DNA of 64,000 bases, taken from assembly GCF_000150275.1 (NCBI RefSeq), contig NW_002060950.1, positions 1,786,106 to 1,850,105 on the forward strand. The letters run 5' to 3'. The DNA is from Trichoplax adhaerens. Lineage: Eukaryota > Animalia > Placozoa. A program made the position numbers and the translations under genes. The notes below the pieces were generated by a model. It worked only from the letters and a program-made list of their open reading frames with translations, did not search any database and was not told the origin of the DNA. Positions 41,401 through 55,100 of the stretch are shown here, piece after piece. Each line of letters starts with the position of its first letter. The first letter of the stretch is position 1.

Positions 41401-44400
41401 TCTATTAGCGTACATCTTGGATTCTTTTTATCAGACATTATTTTACAACCATTACATCGAGATCCAAGCAAACTAATGTAGTGATATTTCTTGTACAGCG
41501 TCAGAGGTAGCGGCATACAATTTTTAACGTAGAAGGCAATTATAGGCATTGCATTCAATTTTCTAGTATATCAAATAACATATTTACATATAGTGTTTAT
41601 TTTTAGTAGAATAAACTAGTAAAGCTAAAAGATTGGGGAAAATGTTGAAAGAGGTCTAATGAAAAAGTGCTTTAATGCCTCAATTGATTTCCGATCAAAA
41701 ATTTCTTCATAAATCAAATAACCTCAAAACAAACTCTGCCATCATACAACATTTGACTACAGTTAAAATAGAGAAAAGTTCTGATATTACTTTTAATCCT
41801 TGTATGAGATGAACCCAAACTATGACAGAGTAATCCAATTTTCTAAATAATTACAGTATACGTATATGGTTATCGAATATTTCAAAATAATTCCTTACGT
41901 AATTACATTATACAGTGATAGTCACTATCTATTTCAATTGGGATAAATAAGCTAGTTTATGATTAATCTGTTGATGAAAGCAAATACTGTGTCTATTCAT
42001 GAGACAAGTTGAAACATGTGTCTTTTTTACGTGGTGGTCATCAGTTTCTTCTAATATGACTGTCTTGAATTAAAAATTCCATCTGTATTGTTCTATGATT
42101 AGATCATTATGAAAGAAAGCGTTCTATTTTATAGAAAATCGATAATAAATTGAATAAGTAAAGCAACCAAGATTACCCTTTAGAATGATAAAGCGGAGAC
42201 AAAAATATAGTTTTGATAAAATGTTCATGGATCAACATGGCTAAGTAATAATAATACTTCCAACTTAGCATGTGGCATTCATTAAAACAATAAACAAATT
42301 TCGCCCGCTAGGATAGAGGATAATTTCCGATTTTTACACTATTCCTACGCTATTATAATAATTGAAAATGTTGCCCAAAGTGAGATGGTTGTTATTTTAG
42401 CTGATTAATGAGTGATTGATTAAGAATGCCGGTGTTGGCTATTATGGTTTATCGTTGATCAAAGTTCAATTTAGATTGAAGTAAATAGGATAACAACTGG
42501 ATTTTTTAATCTACTCCTCGATCATTAATCATGACTATAAAATCCTCGTTAATCAGAGTCATAAGACTAGTACTTCAGTTGATCAGTTGATTGGCTTTTT
42601 GAATTAACAAAGTCAACTGCTTATCATAACTAAGTTATAGCAACGTATCCACTTGATTTAAATGACAAATATAAATTGATAGTTGCTATTGATTTACCCT
42701 ACAGGCATAAGAGATAACTACTATAACAGTGAACAATAGATTAACTGGATATAAAGACTATGCAATAGAAAGCAATATTACAATTTGGCCGAGTGTTGTA
42801 AAGGCGAAAATATTATTTAATAATAAAATCAGATAGAAGGACAAATAACTATTAAAGTTGATTTGCTTAATTAAAGTCTAACCCTTTTATTATTATTATT
42901 CTTTTTTGGCCTGTCTTTTGACTCCGTATTGGTATGTCTATCGATGACTGTTAAAAGTTTAACGTACTACTGCTGATAATTGAATGATAAGAAAATAAAA
43001 TAATCTTGATAGAATTGTCTTGCTAATGTATAAAATGTGTCAATTTGACTTCAATCTCGTCTTGATGATCAACGAGACATTCAAGTCAACTTGGGCCGCC
43101 GTAGTAACATCATCATCCTCATCATCATCATCATAATAGCTAATTGAAACATGATCTATGGTACATTGGTTTATTGTCTCGCTATGATGAGACCAATAGA
43201 TTGAATCGTATAATCGCTTTGAAATATTATAGACAAAAAATTTTTTGTTCTATTTCTAACAAATTTTTAAAGAACTTTCTTTAAATCCCGTTGTTTGATT
43301 ACACTAATATCATCAATTAAACAATAGACAATGGCCCAACCCTTTTTGACAAAAAAGAACCATATGAGCATTATTTTACCTTATTAGCATCAATAATGAT
43401 GGCAAATATAAAGAGAAACGAGTCAACATATTTTTCCCTTGCTTATAAATCGCTGAAATATCATTTTAATATAACATGGAAATACAAGGTAGCCGCAATA
43501 GTTATAACCCATACAAGCATACCGCTTAGGAAGGAATTTTTTGTCTAATTAATTGTTGTTATCATTATTAACTAAATAATCTCAAGTTAAAATAAATACG
43601 CAGCAAAAATACTTTACTGTTGTCAAGAGTTAATCCTGTCCTAGTGAATAAAAACACAGACGGAATAGAAGGATTCCCATTGGATCAAATAACGACGTGT
43701 AGAAGCCATCAAGTTAGCACAAGTAGTCATTTGGGGTTGTCATCGCTTAATAAATTTAGAAAAATGGTCCGTTATACATCAAGAATTACAATTCAGCAAT
43801 TGAATCGAATAAGTCAATAAGTTGGAAAATTTCAAATTGGCATCAAATTCGTCTAGAATTATGTAGTTATGCTATCGCAATGGATTTGCCGTTATGATTG
43901 ATCTTTCGAGCATACTTAATTTTCAATAACAATAATATAAAAAAAGGATTATTATTGTTATCGACAAGATCACTTCTTTAATAGAATAGTTGAAATAAAT
44001 GATATCCGATAAATTGAAGAAGGGAAGGAAAAAGAAATTAGATATTAAGTGATGTCATTTCTTGACAGTAGCCACTTTTAAAACAGGGGTATTAGATTAA
44101 ATTGGCTTGAGAGAATGTAACAGCTGTTGAGTGATGACATTCTTGACAAACAATAATTCAATAAATATTGCCCGCCTTTGTGTTGAATCTTAGTGTAAAA
44201 AAAATATTATTCACTCTTCACGTCATGATTGAAGATATTTTAAATTTTCTTTTCTTTCTTTCCAGTCTGGTGACTACATTAATTTAGCCAGGTATTGTTT
44301 TGTATAATCCGTCTCAATTATATTTTTTTACTTTTATGAAATAAGTACTTTATAATGATCTCTGTCATGCTTTGATATAACCAACCATTTGATGATTAAT

Positions 44401-47400
44401 ATTGGTTATCCTATCCTGCCGTGATAAGATCGTTGAGTATTTTCTACCTTGTTACCATGACAGAATGCATCATGATGGAAATGACATGACCACAATAATC
44501 AACAATTGCTTACTCAACACTATTGATGATGTTAGTAGTACGCTGATCATTTTTACTGTTGTCATTAGACCTTAATCACATGATGATTACAGATTGACTG
44601 GCGATGATTAATAATGTTCAAAGTTCTCTGCTACGATGAGATTATCACCAATTTGCATCCGTAAATTAGCAAGTATGGTCCACCAAGCATGGTGTCTATG
44701 ATAACATTTATTGATGACGATGATAACGATTATTTTATCCAGTATTATAACTCCAATAGTAATGATTGTATAATGATGATAAAATATTGATATTAATTCA
44801 TCGATTGCGATGACTCCCAGCCTAAAACTAAGAAAATAAGATCTTCTCCATCATAACTTTAATAGATAAATGAATTAACTGATTTCATCAAGTTTTAAAT
44901 CAGTAAGTCAATATCGGGTCATACAAATCTTCAATTTTGAAACTTTAAATTATTTTATAAAATAGCCGTATTTATATGTTATAAATCCCAAATTGATTAA
45001 AATTGATTAAAGTAAATGGCTTGAAATACTATATTTGTTTTATGACACAGGAAGATATTCAGGCTAAATTGAAGGCTACTGTTCATAACGCGTATCATTA
45101 TTTAGTTAGTTACTTTTGAAATAACTAGCATTACAAGTTGCAGAAAAAGAACTATGCTCATAATCATAACATCAAATTGAATAAGTAATCCATGAAGTGA
45201 AATAATGACTGAGAGAGAATAGGTAGATATCTTAGATAACAAATCATCATAATAAATAATAAACGTTAGCCAATATTGTTGAAAAGTCAACAATACAATT
45301 TCCTCTTGAAAAAAGAGAAAAGTAAAACGCTGGATAATAAGGTAATACCAGTCATTACACCGTGGTAGCTGATGATGAAGCGATTATCATAATGAACGCG
45401 TATTAATGAATCACGAATGAAAGTAAAAACAGGATCTTATTTATTCCATCATTTCAATTCTGATTACAGCATTATCTATCTATCAATGGATAATATTGGG
45501 AGAATATCTGTCTATTAAGAGCGCGTAAATCATTCAATAGCTTTGCAATGGATGATGTGATCTTGCAAGAATTGACATGCTGTTACTATTGAGTTTTATT
45601 CTTGGGGATAGTTTTTTTGGGAGCAGAAAATTTCTTTGAAAGTACCCGTAATTCCATTATTATCTATGCATATCCTGGATGTGTTTATTCAATAGAAAGG
45701 ACACGATTAAGATGATTGTACTAAAGTTAAACTAAACCTTTATCCAAAAGAATTAACAATTCGGATATATTCGTAACATTTAGTAAGGATAAAATTCCCA
45801 TCATCTTCTCAAGATGACGATGATATTCATTTTTGGTTTATACGTCACCACAAAGGAATGAATTGAATTCTACTCGCATGTCCGCCGCTATTTCATTGAT
45901 TAATTAGCAAGATGATGAAAGTGTACCATTTTTAATGAGTTTATAAGTCTAGTTCAAATTCAATTGGGGCTAGTGATTAACTTATTGGAGAAAGAGTAAG
46001 TTTTAGACGCTAATATCCGAGATGAAACGGAATAGCCGTTGTCAGTAAGTTGGCCATTTGGTTAGAAATGACAACAATTTACCTCAACTGATGCTGATAT
46101 CGGTCTTGATGCCACCAAGTATAGCTATCGCTTACAATATCGTATGGTCAATTTTAGCACTTTGTAGTACCTGTATAAACGATCCGTTGGATAACATCAT
46201 GATGGAGATTGTATTATTGATCCTATTCCATTTATAAAAATGGAGTTGAAGTTGATTAATTGTATCCAAGTAGAAGGGGAATATCCAACTCGGCTAAAGT
46301 CAACAAGTTCGATGTAACATCGAGTTAAGATGAAAGAGTACTACCGCCAGCATACAAGATAGTGAATTCATGATGATTCATGTATTGAACTGGATGTGAA
46401 TATGTTTAACAGTGGTAATTACATATATGATGGTCATTTTTGCTCGGCTGGGTAAAACACACTCGTAGTTGATTAACTAAGGTGAAGATTACGGTAGCTA
46501 GCGATTGCAGCCAAATTCGATGATGATCAATCCTGACTGCGGGACTGTCCTACTCGAGTAAAGTCAACAAGTTCAATGTAGCATTTAGTTACGGCGAAAA
46601 GTGTAAAAGATTGTTAATTGGATGATGGATCATCTTGAACTTATCACGAATAATATACTAAACAGTGCTAGAGATCGTGAATGATGGCCACTTTACTTAT
46701 CGTATAATATGATGATTGACTGTGGTGGAGAAAGTTTAGCAATCACAATTCAATTAGTAGGTGATTAGTTATGAATACCGCGTAAGATTGCAATCATTTT
46801 CTGCCTTGTGCCTTCATCATCCATTGCTAAGCGTAAGTTTCAACTTTCTGCTGCTATTTTAACAGCAAGGCTGCTACCTTAAAGTAGAGTGGAGAATTGA
46901 TCGTTGAATTTCGAACGATCCTATCTCTACCGGGGCTCTACGATTGATATCGACATTGATGAAAGTTTCCCTCACAATTTCATCGTATTCTACGGATACT
47001 ATCCCAATCATTCAAGACAAGTATGATGATAAAATGCTCGTCTATCACAATGATGGCTAATAAGTTTAACGCCAATACCCTACAAGGCAAGAAAATGCAA
47101 ATAATTCTTTCTCATCATCCAACATCGAATCAAGATGAAAACGTCAATGATTTGCCATGCTGTTTGATACACACGTAATTTGATAATAGTTACTTGTCAA
47201 TCAATGCTTTTGTCTTGATTGGTTTCAGTTAATAATGATTGATCGACCGGCTTTGATTGGCGTCCTTTATCAAACAACTTTCAATAACATTACCTTTTAG
47301 ATAATTCACACTTTTCAAAATTTTGCATCTTATCATCTTTTGTCTTGACTTAACTGTGTACACTGTACACTCTCTCCTCATCTATTATTTGCCATCATCA

Positions 47401-50400
47401 CATCTTGTCGAGTTTGTCTTGGCCCTACGGACTTTACGTTGATTGCGATCGACTTCATCATGAGCCAAACTCAAGGTAAAAAAAAATTGGAATATGACGG
47501 ATTTTAGTTGAAGTACCCAATGTTGATAGAAATTGATAGCATTGAATTGGATTAGATAAAATTAACATCGATGATAGATAACGTTGTTGAGACAGAGAGG
47601 AAAGCGATTATCTCCTGTCTTTCTTCTTGCCTTCTCTTTTTTTCTTTGCCAAAATTGTTCTCTTCCTATCCTTTCGTCGTTTTTAAAGTTGAAAAAGGAC
47701 AATCATGACTGTGCTAGTTAGCATGATGATCCAATTTTAATAACAGTAGTCAATAGGACGATGATGATGGAATATTTCATTCTTCAAGTCATCTTTCCTA
47801 TCGAATCGAATACGGTAATAATCGTCAACTGCGTAAACTTGACTTGACATTCATTTCAAGATTTTTCATGAACTTTTTTCCAAACACGAGTTGTCAATCG
47901 ATTGATCTTTTTGTACATTATTCCGGCTGTTTTTCTTCCCATCCTCTCTCTCTCTCGTCTTTGCTTGAAGTAGAGTCACGTTTTCTTTCTTGCTATCCGT
48001 TTCTTTTTACTATTAAACACTTGTGATTGAAATGTTATGACCTTGTCTACGGCAATGGACTCTTTTTTTCTCCTTCATTCAATTATTATAAACAACAAAA
48101 ATGAACTTCAGGCTGTTTTTTCTTTCATCAACTCCGGCGATTTCAACGTGATCAATCATCGTTCGATCGCTCCTTTTCAATCGATCTACTTCATCGACTT
48201 TTTCACTGATAGTCAAAGGAAATGATCTCATCACCTTCTATTTCCATTACTAATATGAATTGGGATAGAGGAAAATGATCTTTGCTTTTAAAATGCCATT
48301 TCTACAAAACCATCCATTTTTTGGTATTGTCCTCTTATCCATCAAAATCTCTTTAGTATTATCGTAATCTAGTTGTTAGGAAAAAGTGGATGAAAACAAA
48401 ATGAAGTTAATTTATTTCATGGAAATGATGTGGATTCCATGATGGAAATATCTACTTGGATAGTAGCGATCAATTCTTGCTATGATAGTTAAAGAGTGAG
48501 AGTATTAGCATAAAGGAAAATCATTGTTAGTGAGGGATGATCAAGTTCAATGTTGTCTTCATTTCAGGCTAATTACAATATTGTTTTAAAGCGATGGCAC
48601 AATAATCGATTAGAGTTGAAATAGGATTCGTATTCCCTTTTTTTCTTCCCTTACATTGATATCAACTTGAACTTGATTTCTTTGAACAGTTAAGTTAACT
48701 CTTCTCTTTTATGACATGTTTATTATTCATGAATCTATTAATCTTGAACATGCAAATTCCATTTCTTCAACCACTACTTCTCGAAATCGCTTACTTGCTA
48801 TCATCAAGATCAAATTAATCTTGATCCTTTCTAACTTCACCTACCTATCCATCTTTTAACAACAACTTAAAGAGGAATCTATCTACTGTATTGCCGACAT
48901 CAATGGTCGTTATCCGTTTGTAATTCTTGCATGAGTAAACGATCGTCATTCATTTCCAATCTATTCCATCCAAGGCAATTTCAATGGCCATCGATAGGTA
49001 GACATGAAAGTGAACAAGATGACTAATTGAACGATCTAATATCCTGACGATGCAAGTCGACTTGCATTTCATTCCTAGAATGTCTCGCCTTGTTGATCTT
49101 CGTAGGGGATCTCACAGTTGGTGGTATACCATTCCGACTGATTGGTGACGTGAGACAGTTGTAAATTGACTAAACTATTGAATTTTCAAGAATTGATTTG
49201 CCTGATTACTGCATCTTCCTCTTTTATTGTATGTCAAGTCAAGCATTTTTTTTCTCCTTTCGTCAAGATTGCTTAACCCCTTCAACAACAACATCCATTA
49301 CTCGTTTATTTCAAGACTCAAGGTTATTATCCAAGTTGTTGTCATAACTTAATCGGTCAACGTCAATATCACCATCATGGAAATGATTTATATCCTAGAT
49401 TCCTAGTTGTAGTTGATTTTGGGATGTCGTATTGAATAGTTTACCTAGCGCCATTTCGTTTCTTCTATTGTTGACTGTGGGTAATCGCCATCGTTATTCT
49501 TGAAAAATTATCCTCCATCCAGTCGTCAACATTGACTAAAATACACTTGGATAGCTCTGTCAAATAGCAATTTACATAATCTTGTCTATTTTATCTATGG
49601 GTATTGTTGCTAAAGTTAATTTTTAAACCATTGCTTAATTCTGTTAAGAGAGAAAAAAAGTTTGCCCTATTGACTAATTAATTACTCATCATCACTCTAC
49701 TATTAAATGTAAGGTAAGGCTGATTTTTTTGGACATACAGCCAATATTAGATTATCATTTGCCAAGTGGGGAAAATAATCAATCACACTGCTTGATCAAC
49801 TCGAAGTATCTCAACTATTGTATCATCTAGTTGGGTTGATTTTTTATTGTATAAAATAGTGGAGGACCGATTGAAGAGCAAAAAAGGAGCTGTTCAAAGA
49901 TCACATAAGAAGAAAAAAGTTGCATTTGGATGTAATCAAATTTTAATCATGCTATTCATTCACATGTATTATTTTACTCTATTCAAGTTATGATGGGATT
50001 GAAATCGATTCGATAGCCATTCTATCATTTTTTCACCATATCGAGAGACATTCTCTAAGATAGTATCGTGTCTGCCATAGAATCAGTCAAAGTTTACTTT
50101 TTTCTCCCCAACGATGATGGAAAATAAAACCACAGATATTATACTATCATCCTGACACGATCATGCCTTGAAGTTCATGCATCCAATTGTTGCTATTTTA
50201 TGCAAAAATGTAGCTCCATCTTCAATTCCATTTATTCATCGACTTGATAGATGTAATTATCATTGACTGATAGTGCAAATAGGAATAGAAGAATCCAATA
50301 TTCCTTAATTCACTATTTAGTGAACAATTACCTTTGGTATAGAAGCGCATTGATTATGAGTAGGCATTGTTTGTAAGTTTGTTGTTTGCCGAGTGTTATG

Positions 50401-52129
50401 ACTAAACGTGTCAAAGTCTCCTATTAGATCAAAATTTGCAAAATGATTTGAATAACGATCATAACCAGTGGTCTTAACTAATTTAACGCTATTATGTTAC
50501 TCTTCCAAGTCTATATCACATCCTTCTTGATAGAAGATTGATTGAACACTATTTTACCTTTCAATTGCTAAATTGCCAATGTAGTTCTAACTTGAATTTA
50601 TGTATGCCAGGATGATTATCAATTTTGGGCAATTTAAACAATCTGCTTTCCAACTTTGTCGTGATGATTCTCCATTAATTAATCCTCTGATGAACGGGAA
50701 TAATCAGCTCCAACAAACGATGAATTAAAATAGATGATAGAACTACAGATAGAGTTTCAATATAGAGATGTATTATATTCCCCTTTCGTTGCCTATTTTA
50801 ATCCATCTTCCTTATTCTAATCCTATCCATCAATGTATAAAAGCCAGTGATAAAACAACATTACCAACAAAATACACCAAGTCAATCCAATTTCTACTAT
50901 CTCATCATGACCGTTGAGTATTTTATAAGCTATCGCTAGTAAAGATTGGACCAAATCAGTTTGATAGGTAAATGCTTTCCTTTTCATGACAATTATCGCT
51001 TTTGTTTTTACTATCCATCGACTGTTAATCATTCTTATCATGTTTAATTTGGCTAAAATGAACCATACTGAACTCTACTTTTGCTCGTATGCAATCGAAT
51101 GATGATGATGAGAAAGTGCAGCTATAGGAGCAAGTAGAGTTCTATCGATAGCGAATGTCAATATCGATAGGGACGGAACTATCTTGATGATTTGCAATGA
51201 TGACGATGATGATATAAGGAAAATGGGATAGAATACAATCCAAAAAAATATATTGTTAATTCATTTATCAATCTCCTTGCCTCGTTGTATGTCAGTATAA
51301 AGTAGCAAAACGGTTGGGATAGTGATACATTAGAAGATGATCATTTGATATTTCCTGAGAAAATTTGATCAACATCAAGATGTAAAAAATGCAGTTGAAC
51401 GCCCAATAACGAGTTCATTTTTACCCCATGAGCATCTTATGACATTGTCATCATGTTACTTTCTTTCCCTGTCAATAATTGCAATTGTCTATTTATTTTT
51501 TTGAGTTTAACCTTTCTCTCTTCCATTCTAATTTTTTGTCTTATTTTTTACTTTGACGTGAAAATGGAAATCGATTTAAAGTGGTCATTTGAGCCCAAAG
51601 CTTATTTTTATTGATATTAAAATATTGACTGTCAAATTAGCGTTTTCAACTCATGATGCATTTCAAGTTATTCAACTTCCTTGATAACACCTTTTCCAAG
51701 TCATGTCGTCATTAATTTACATTGCTTCTAATTGTAGACTTTCTTCTTGATTTCTGGTCGTTATTGACTGATATTGCTTGTACTTTCGATCTTTGACTCG
51801 GTCATTTCGTTATAACTTTTATTAAAATGTTCTTTCTGATCATGTTTGATTTACATCGGTTCAACTTTTTACTTCTTGGTCATGTTGCTATTCCTTTAAA
51901 TGTCGGATTATTATTTTTATTACTTCTCCCCATTCTTCATGTTGCCAAGATTTGAAGTGCTGAGCTATTTCCAGTTTCCATTGATTACTATTGCTTCTAC
52001 TTCTCCTTTTGATTGATTTCTATCACTTTTACTTCTTATTCGTGTTGCTATGACTTGAATTAATCTGTTATTTCTTCTTTTTTCGTGGCTACGTTGATAT
52101 GGATAGTCGTCAGCGAACAAGGGCAGAAA

Positions 52130-55100
52130 ATGAAAAGAACATTAGCACTCAAAGAATTGAATCCATGTTTAACATGTTCGCTTTGTGATGGTTATTTAGT
52201 CAATGCAACGACTGTGGTTGAATGCCTTCATACGTGTAAGTTAGTATAGGTTAAATCAATTTTTTCCCTTTCATCATCTCATTTCACCGTAAGCAATGGC
52301 TTGGTTGATTATTGTAAAATGCATCTACTATCTGCATCTTACCTAGTACTACAGTCTATTTAATTGTTGGTATTTATCAATTCGTTGACCATTTTGAACA
52401 AGAATTTAACGATCATCGATAATCACTAGGCCTTGTCGACAACAGCAAGACGACTATCGTCTTGATAGATTATGATAATTAATTTGTCGACAAAGTGATT
52501 CCCTTATTGTTTCCCGATTGGAATCATGCTATGGTTTTTTTGGTGGAAGAGGATTTTTCAACGGCCAAATTAGCATCAGTAGAGTATAAAAGAGTTGTCT
52601 CTATTGAGGCAAGAAAGTAAGTGTAGAATTGTGGACTTTAAGCAAGAGTAAACCACATTATTGGAATGATACAGTTTTCTCTCCCCCATCTACCGGATCG
52701 TCTAAGAGTAATAGAAACATTCTCTCGCTTCCCTTTCTTTTCTCCCTCTATGTCTCAATGTCTTTCGACTTACGCGTATGTCGACATATATAATGCAATT
52801 AAGTCGACGGATAATAGAACAGTATTTAATGAAAATAATCATCTTCTTCCATTGTACCTTTTGACCACCCTATTTGCCTTTATATCTTATTGTTCAATGG
52901 ACTATTGCAAGTGATGGAAATCTTCGTCTTAATTTATTCATTTTTCTTTCTGATGGGATGGATTGAAATGGTCAAGGGATAGCAGTAGTTGAATTTTTCA
53001 CCGTTTTATCCACCATTGCATGGACATGGATAAATAGTTTTATAGTTTGCTTCAATAAAATGAATTGATACTTGCTTGCAAATGATGGCTATTGATTGGA
53101 TGAATAGCAGTCATCAAGAACATCGCCAACTTCCGCTATCGACAAGTTAAATATGGCTATACCAATACTGCCAATTAAAATTCAATCATTCTTTCATAAC
53201 TAGGCTAACCTTGATTACTTTACTGATTGTATCGTTAGTCGATAAATATTCAGCTTATTTAGGTCGAATGGATTGAAGCTTACCTCAAGTTCTAGTTTGA
53301 ATGTCATTAATTGATACTTCTACGTCTCATATAGCTTAGGTAGGGGGGAGAGATGAATATTTTGTTTCCATTCTGGTTGATGAATGCTTGGACGGGTAAA
53401 AAAATTCAAGGGAGCGAAATAGACATTTTGCCTTCCATTCTCCTTGATTGGTACTACATTAAAAAAGTGAAAAATGTTAGGGGAAGGAAGAAACACGTTT
53501 GTTTTGCTTTTTTGCATGATAGCAAATGGGTTATTCTCGTCTATCTTCAGCGTTGTGGAAAACGAGGCGGAGAAAGAAATGGGCCAATTTTTATTTTGTT
53601 TCCATTCTCTTGGATTTCTACTTATTACTTTTGCCTATCGTAGCTTGCAGTAGTTTGAAATCAAAAGACGCAAATAGACATATAGTTTCGATTCTATTAT
53701 CGATATACAGGCAAGGGGGTAATTTATTGTGGAAAAACAGGATAGAGAAAGTCTTTTCTTGACTACAAAAGCAACCCTTTTGATCTGATAGCAATTTCTT
53801 CAATCTCGGTAAAATGCCAGAATTTTCTACATCAATGACTGTATCATTTTCTTTCTATCAGAGATAGACAGACAACACCATCATTGATTTGGATAGAAAG
53901 AGAGTAAAAAGTTTCGTTTATCTTAATGTCTACGTCCATCTCGGATAAAAAGGAGAGCTTATATACAGTACAGTACAAATGCATTGCAATCCTGTTTTTT
54001 TCGTTCTTAACACAAGAAAATGAAGCTTTTAGTTAGGGTACAATTGCTTTCCTTGTATTAACAGTAAATGGATCGTTTAACCTATTAGAAATGGTATTTT
54101 TACATTGAGCAACAACTTTCTCAATGCTGTCATTGCTGTGTCATAGTGTATAGTTATTTCTTCTATTGGAAAGGATATAACGACAAATATTTGCTTTACA
54201 TTTTCAAGGATACATTGACGATAGTTCATTGAAATTATTCCATTATAGCCATTTTATCCCAAAGGTTATTGAAAACCGATTGTAATTTTTCAAACATTGG
54301 CGTTTTACTGACCCATCTTTTCAATTGTTTCTTTCCCAAGAGAAATTAACTTAGACACAACAGTAAAAAATTGTTTCGTCCAAGTACAATTATGATTACT
54401 TATAGTCCTATCTTCAGATACAGGCTTGTCATGGTGTACTTACTTGCGTTATGATCATAATCCTATTAAACATGGATTAAAAATAAAGACAACCAAATGC
54501 CTTGGAATTCTGTTCATGTCTACTACTATCCATCCTAGACTAGCTCAAAAATGATGCAATTATCCTCGTTTTGCGGATAACTATTCAATCCTATCATTAG
54601 ACGTTTGACTACAGTAAAAATGTATCCTCTACTTTTAGTAGCCATTTCTTTGTATAGAATTAGCTCAGAAGGTACAGGAAACATGGAAATTTTTCTAGCT
54701 GTATTATAGGCTGTATATAGTACAATTATCTTTCTCAATGAATGTTTACCCTAATGTCGTCCATCCATATTAATCTATTTAAAGAAGCAGAATTGTGCCT
54801 TGATGCCAATTTTACTTCATCATAACATTACTTAGCAGGTTTCTTGGTAATAACATTATGATAATTAGGTAAAATGAATAGTATAACGCCTTTGTTAATC
54901 ATGATTGTGAATAGAAATAGAGAAATGAGAGAGCGTTCAAAATTCAATTGCCAAGCTTAATCAATTGCTTTGATTGATACATATTGTTGCCGACAAATAT
55001 GGAGAAGGTTACTCTGTGCTAGTGGATCCTTTTCCACTAACTTTTATTTTATCTGACGTATTAAAACATCATGAAGTGTTTCTGTAGTAGAGTTTGCAAC

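Noticed and set aside
52099-52188. Out-of-frame uORF overlapping the PCGF3 start
   Set aside because: Its ATG lies upstream of the probable acceptor at 52107 and would be intronic.
53320-53803. Cluster of overlapping short ORFs in PCGF3 intron
   Set aside because: Composition is typical of random AT-rich ORFs, with no splice-consistent or homologous coding signal.
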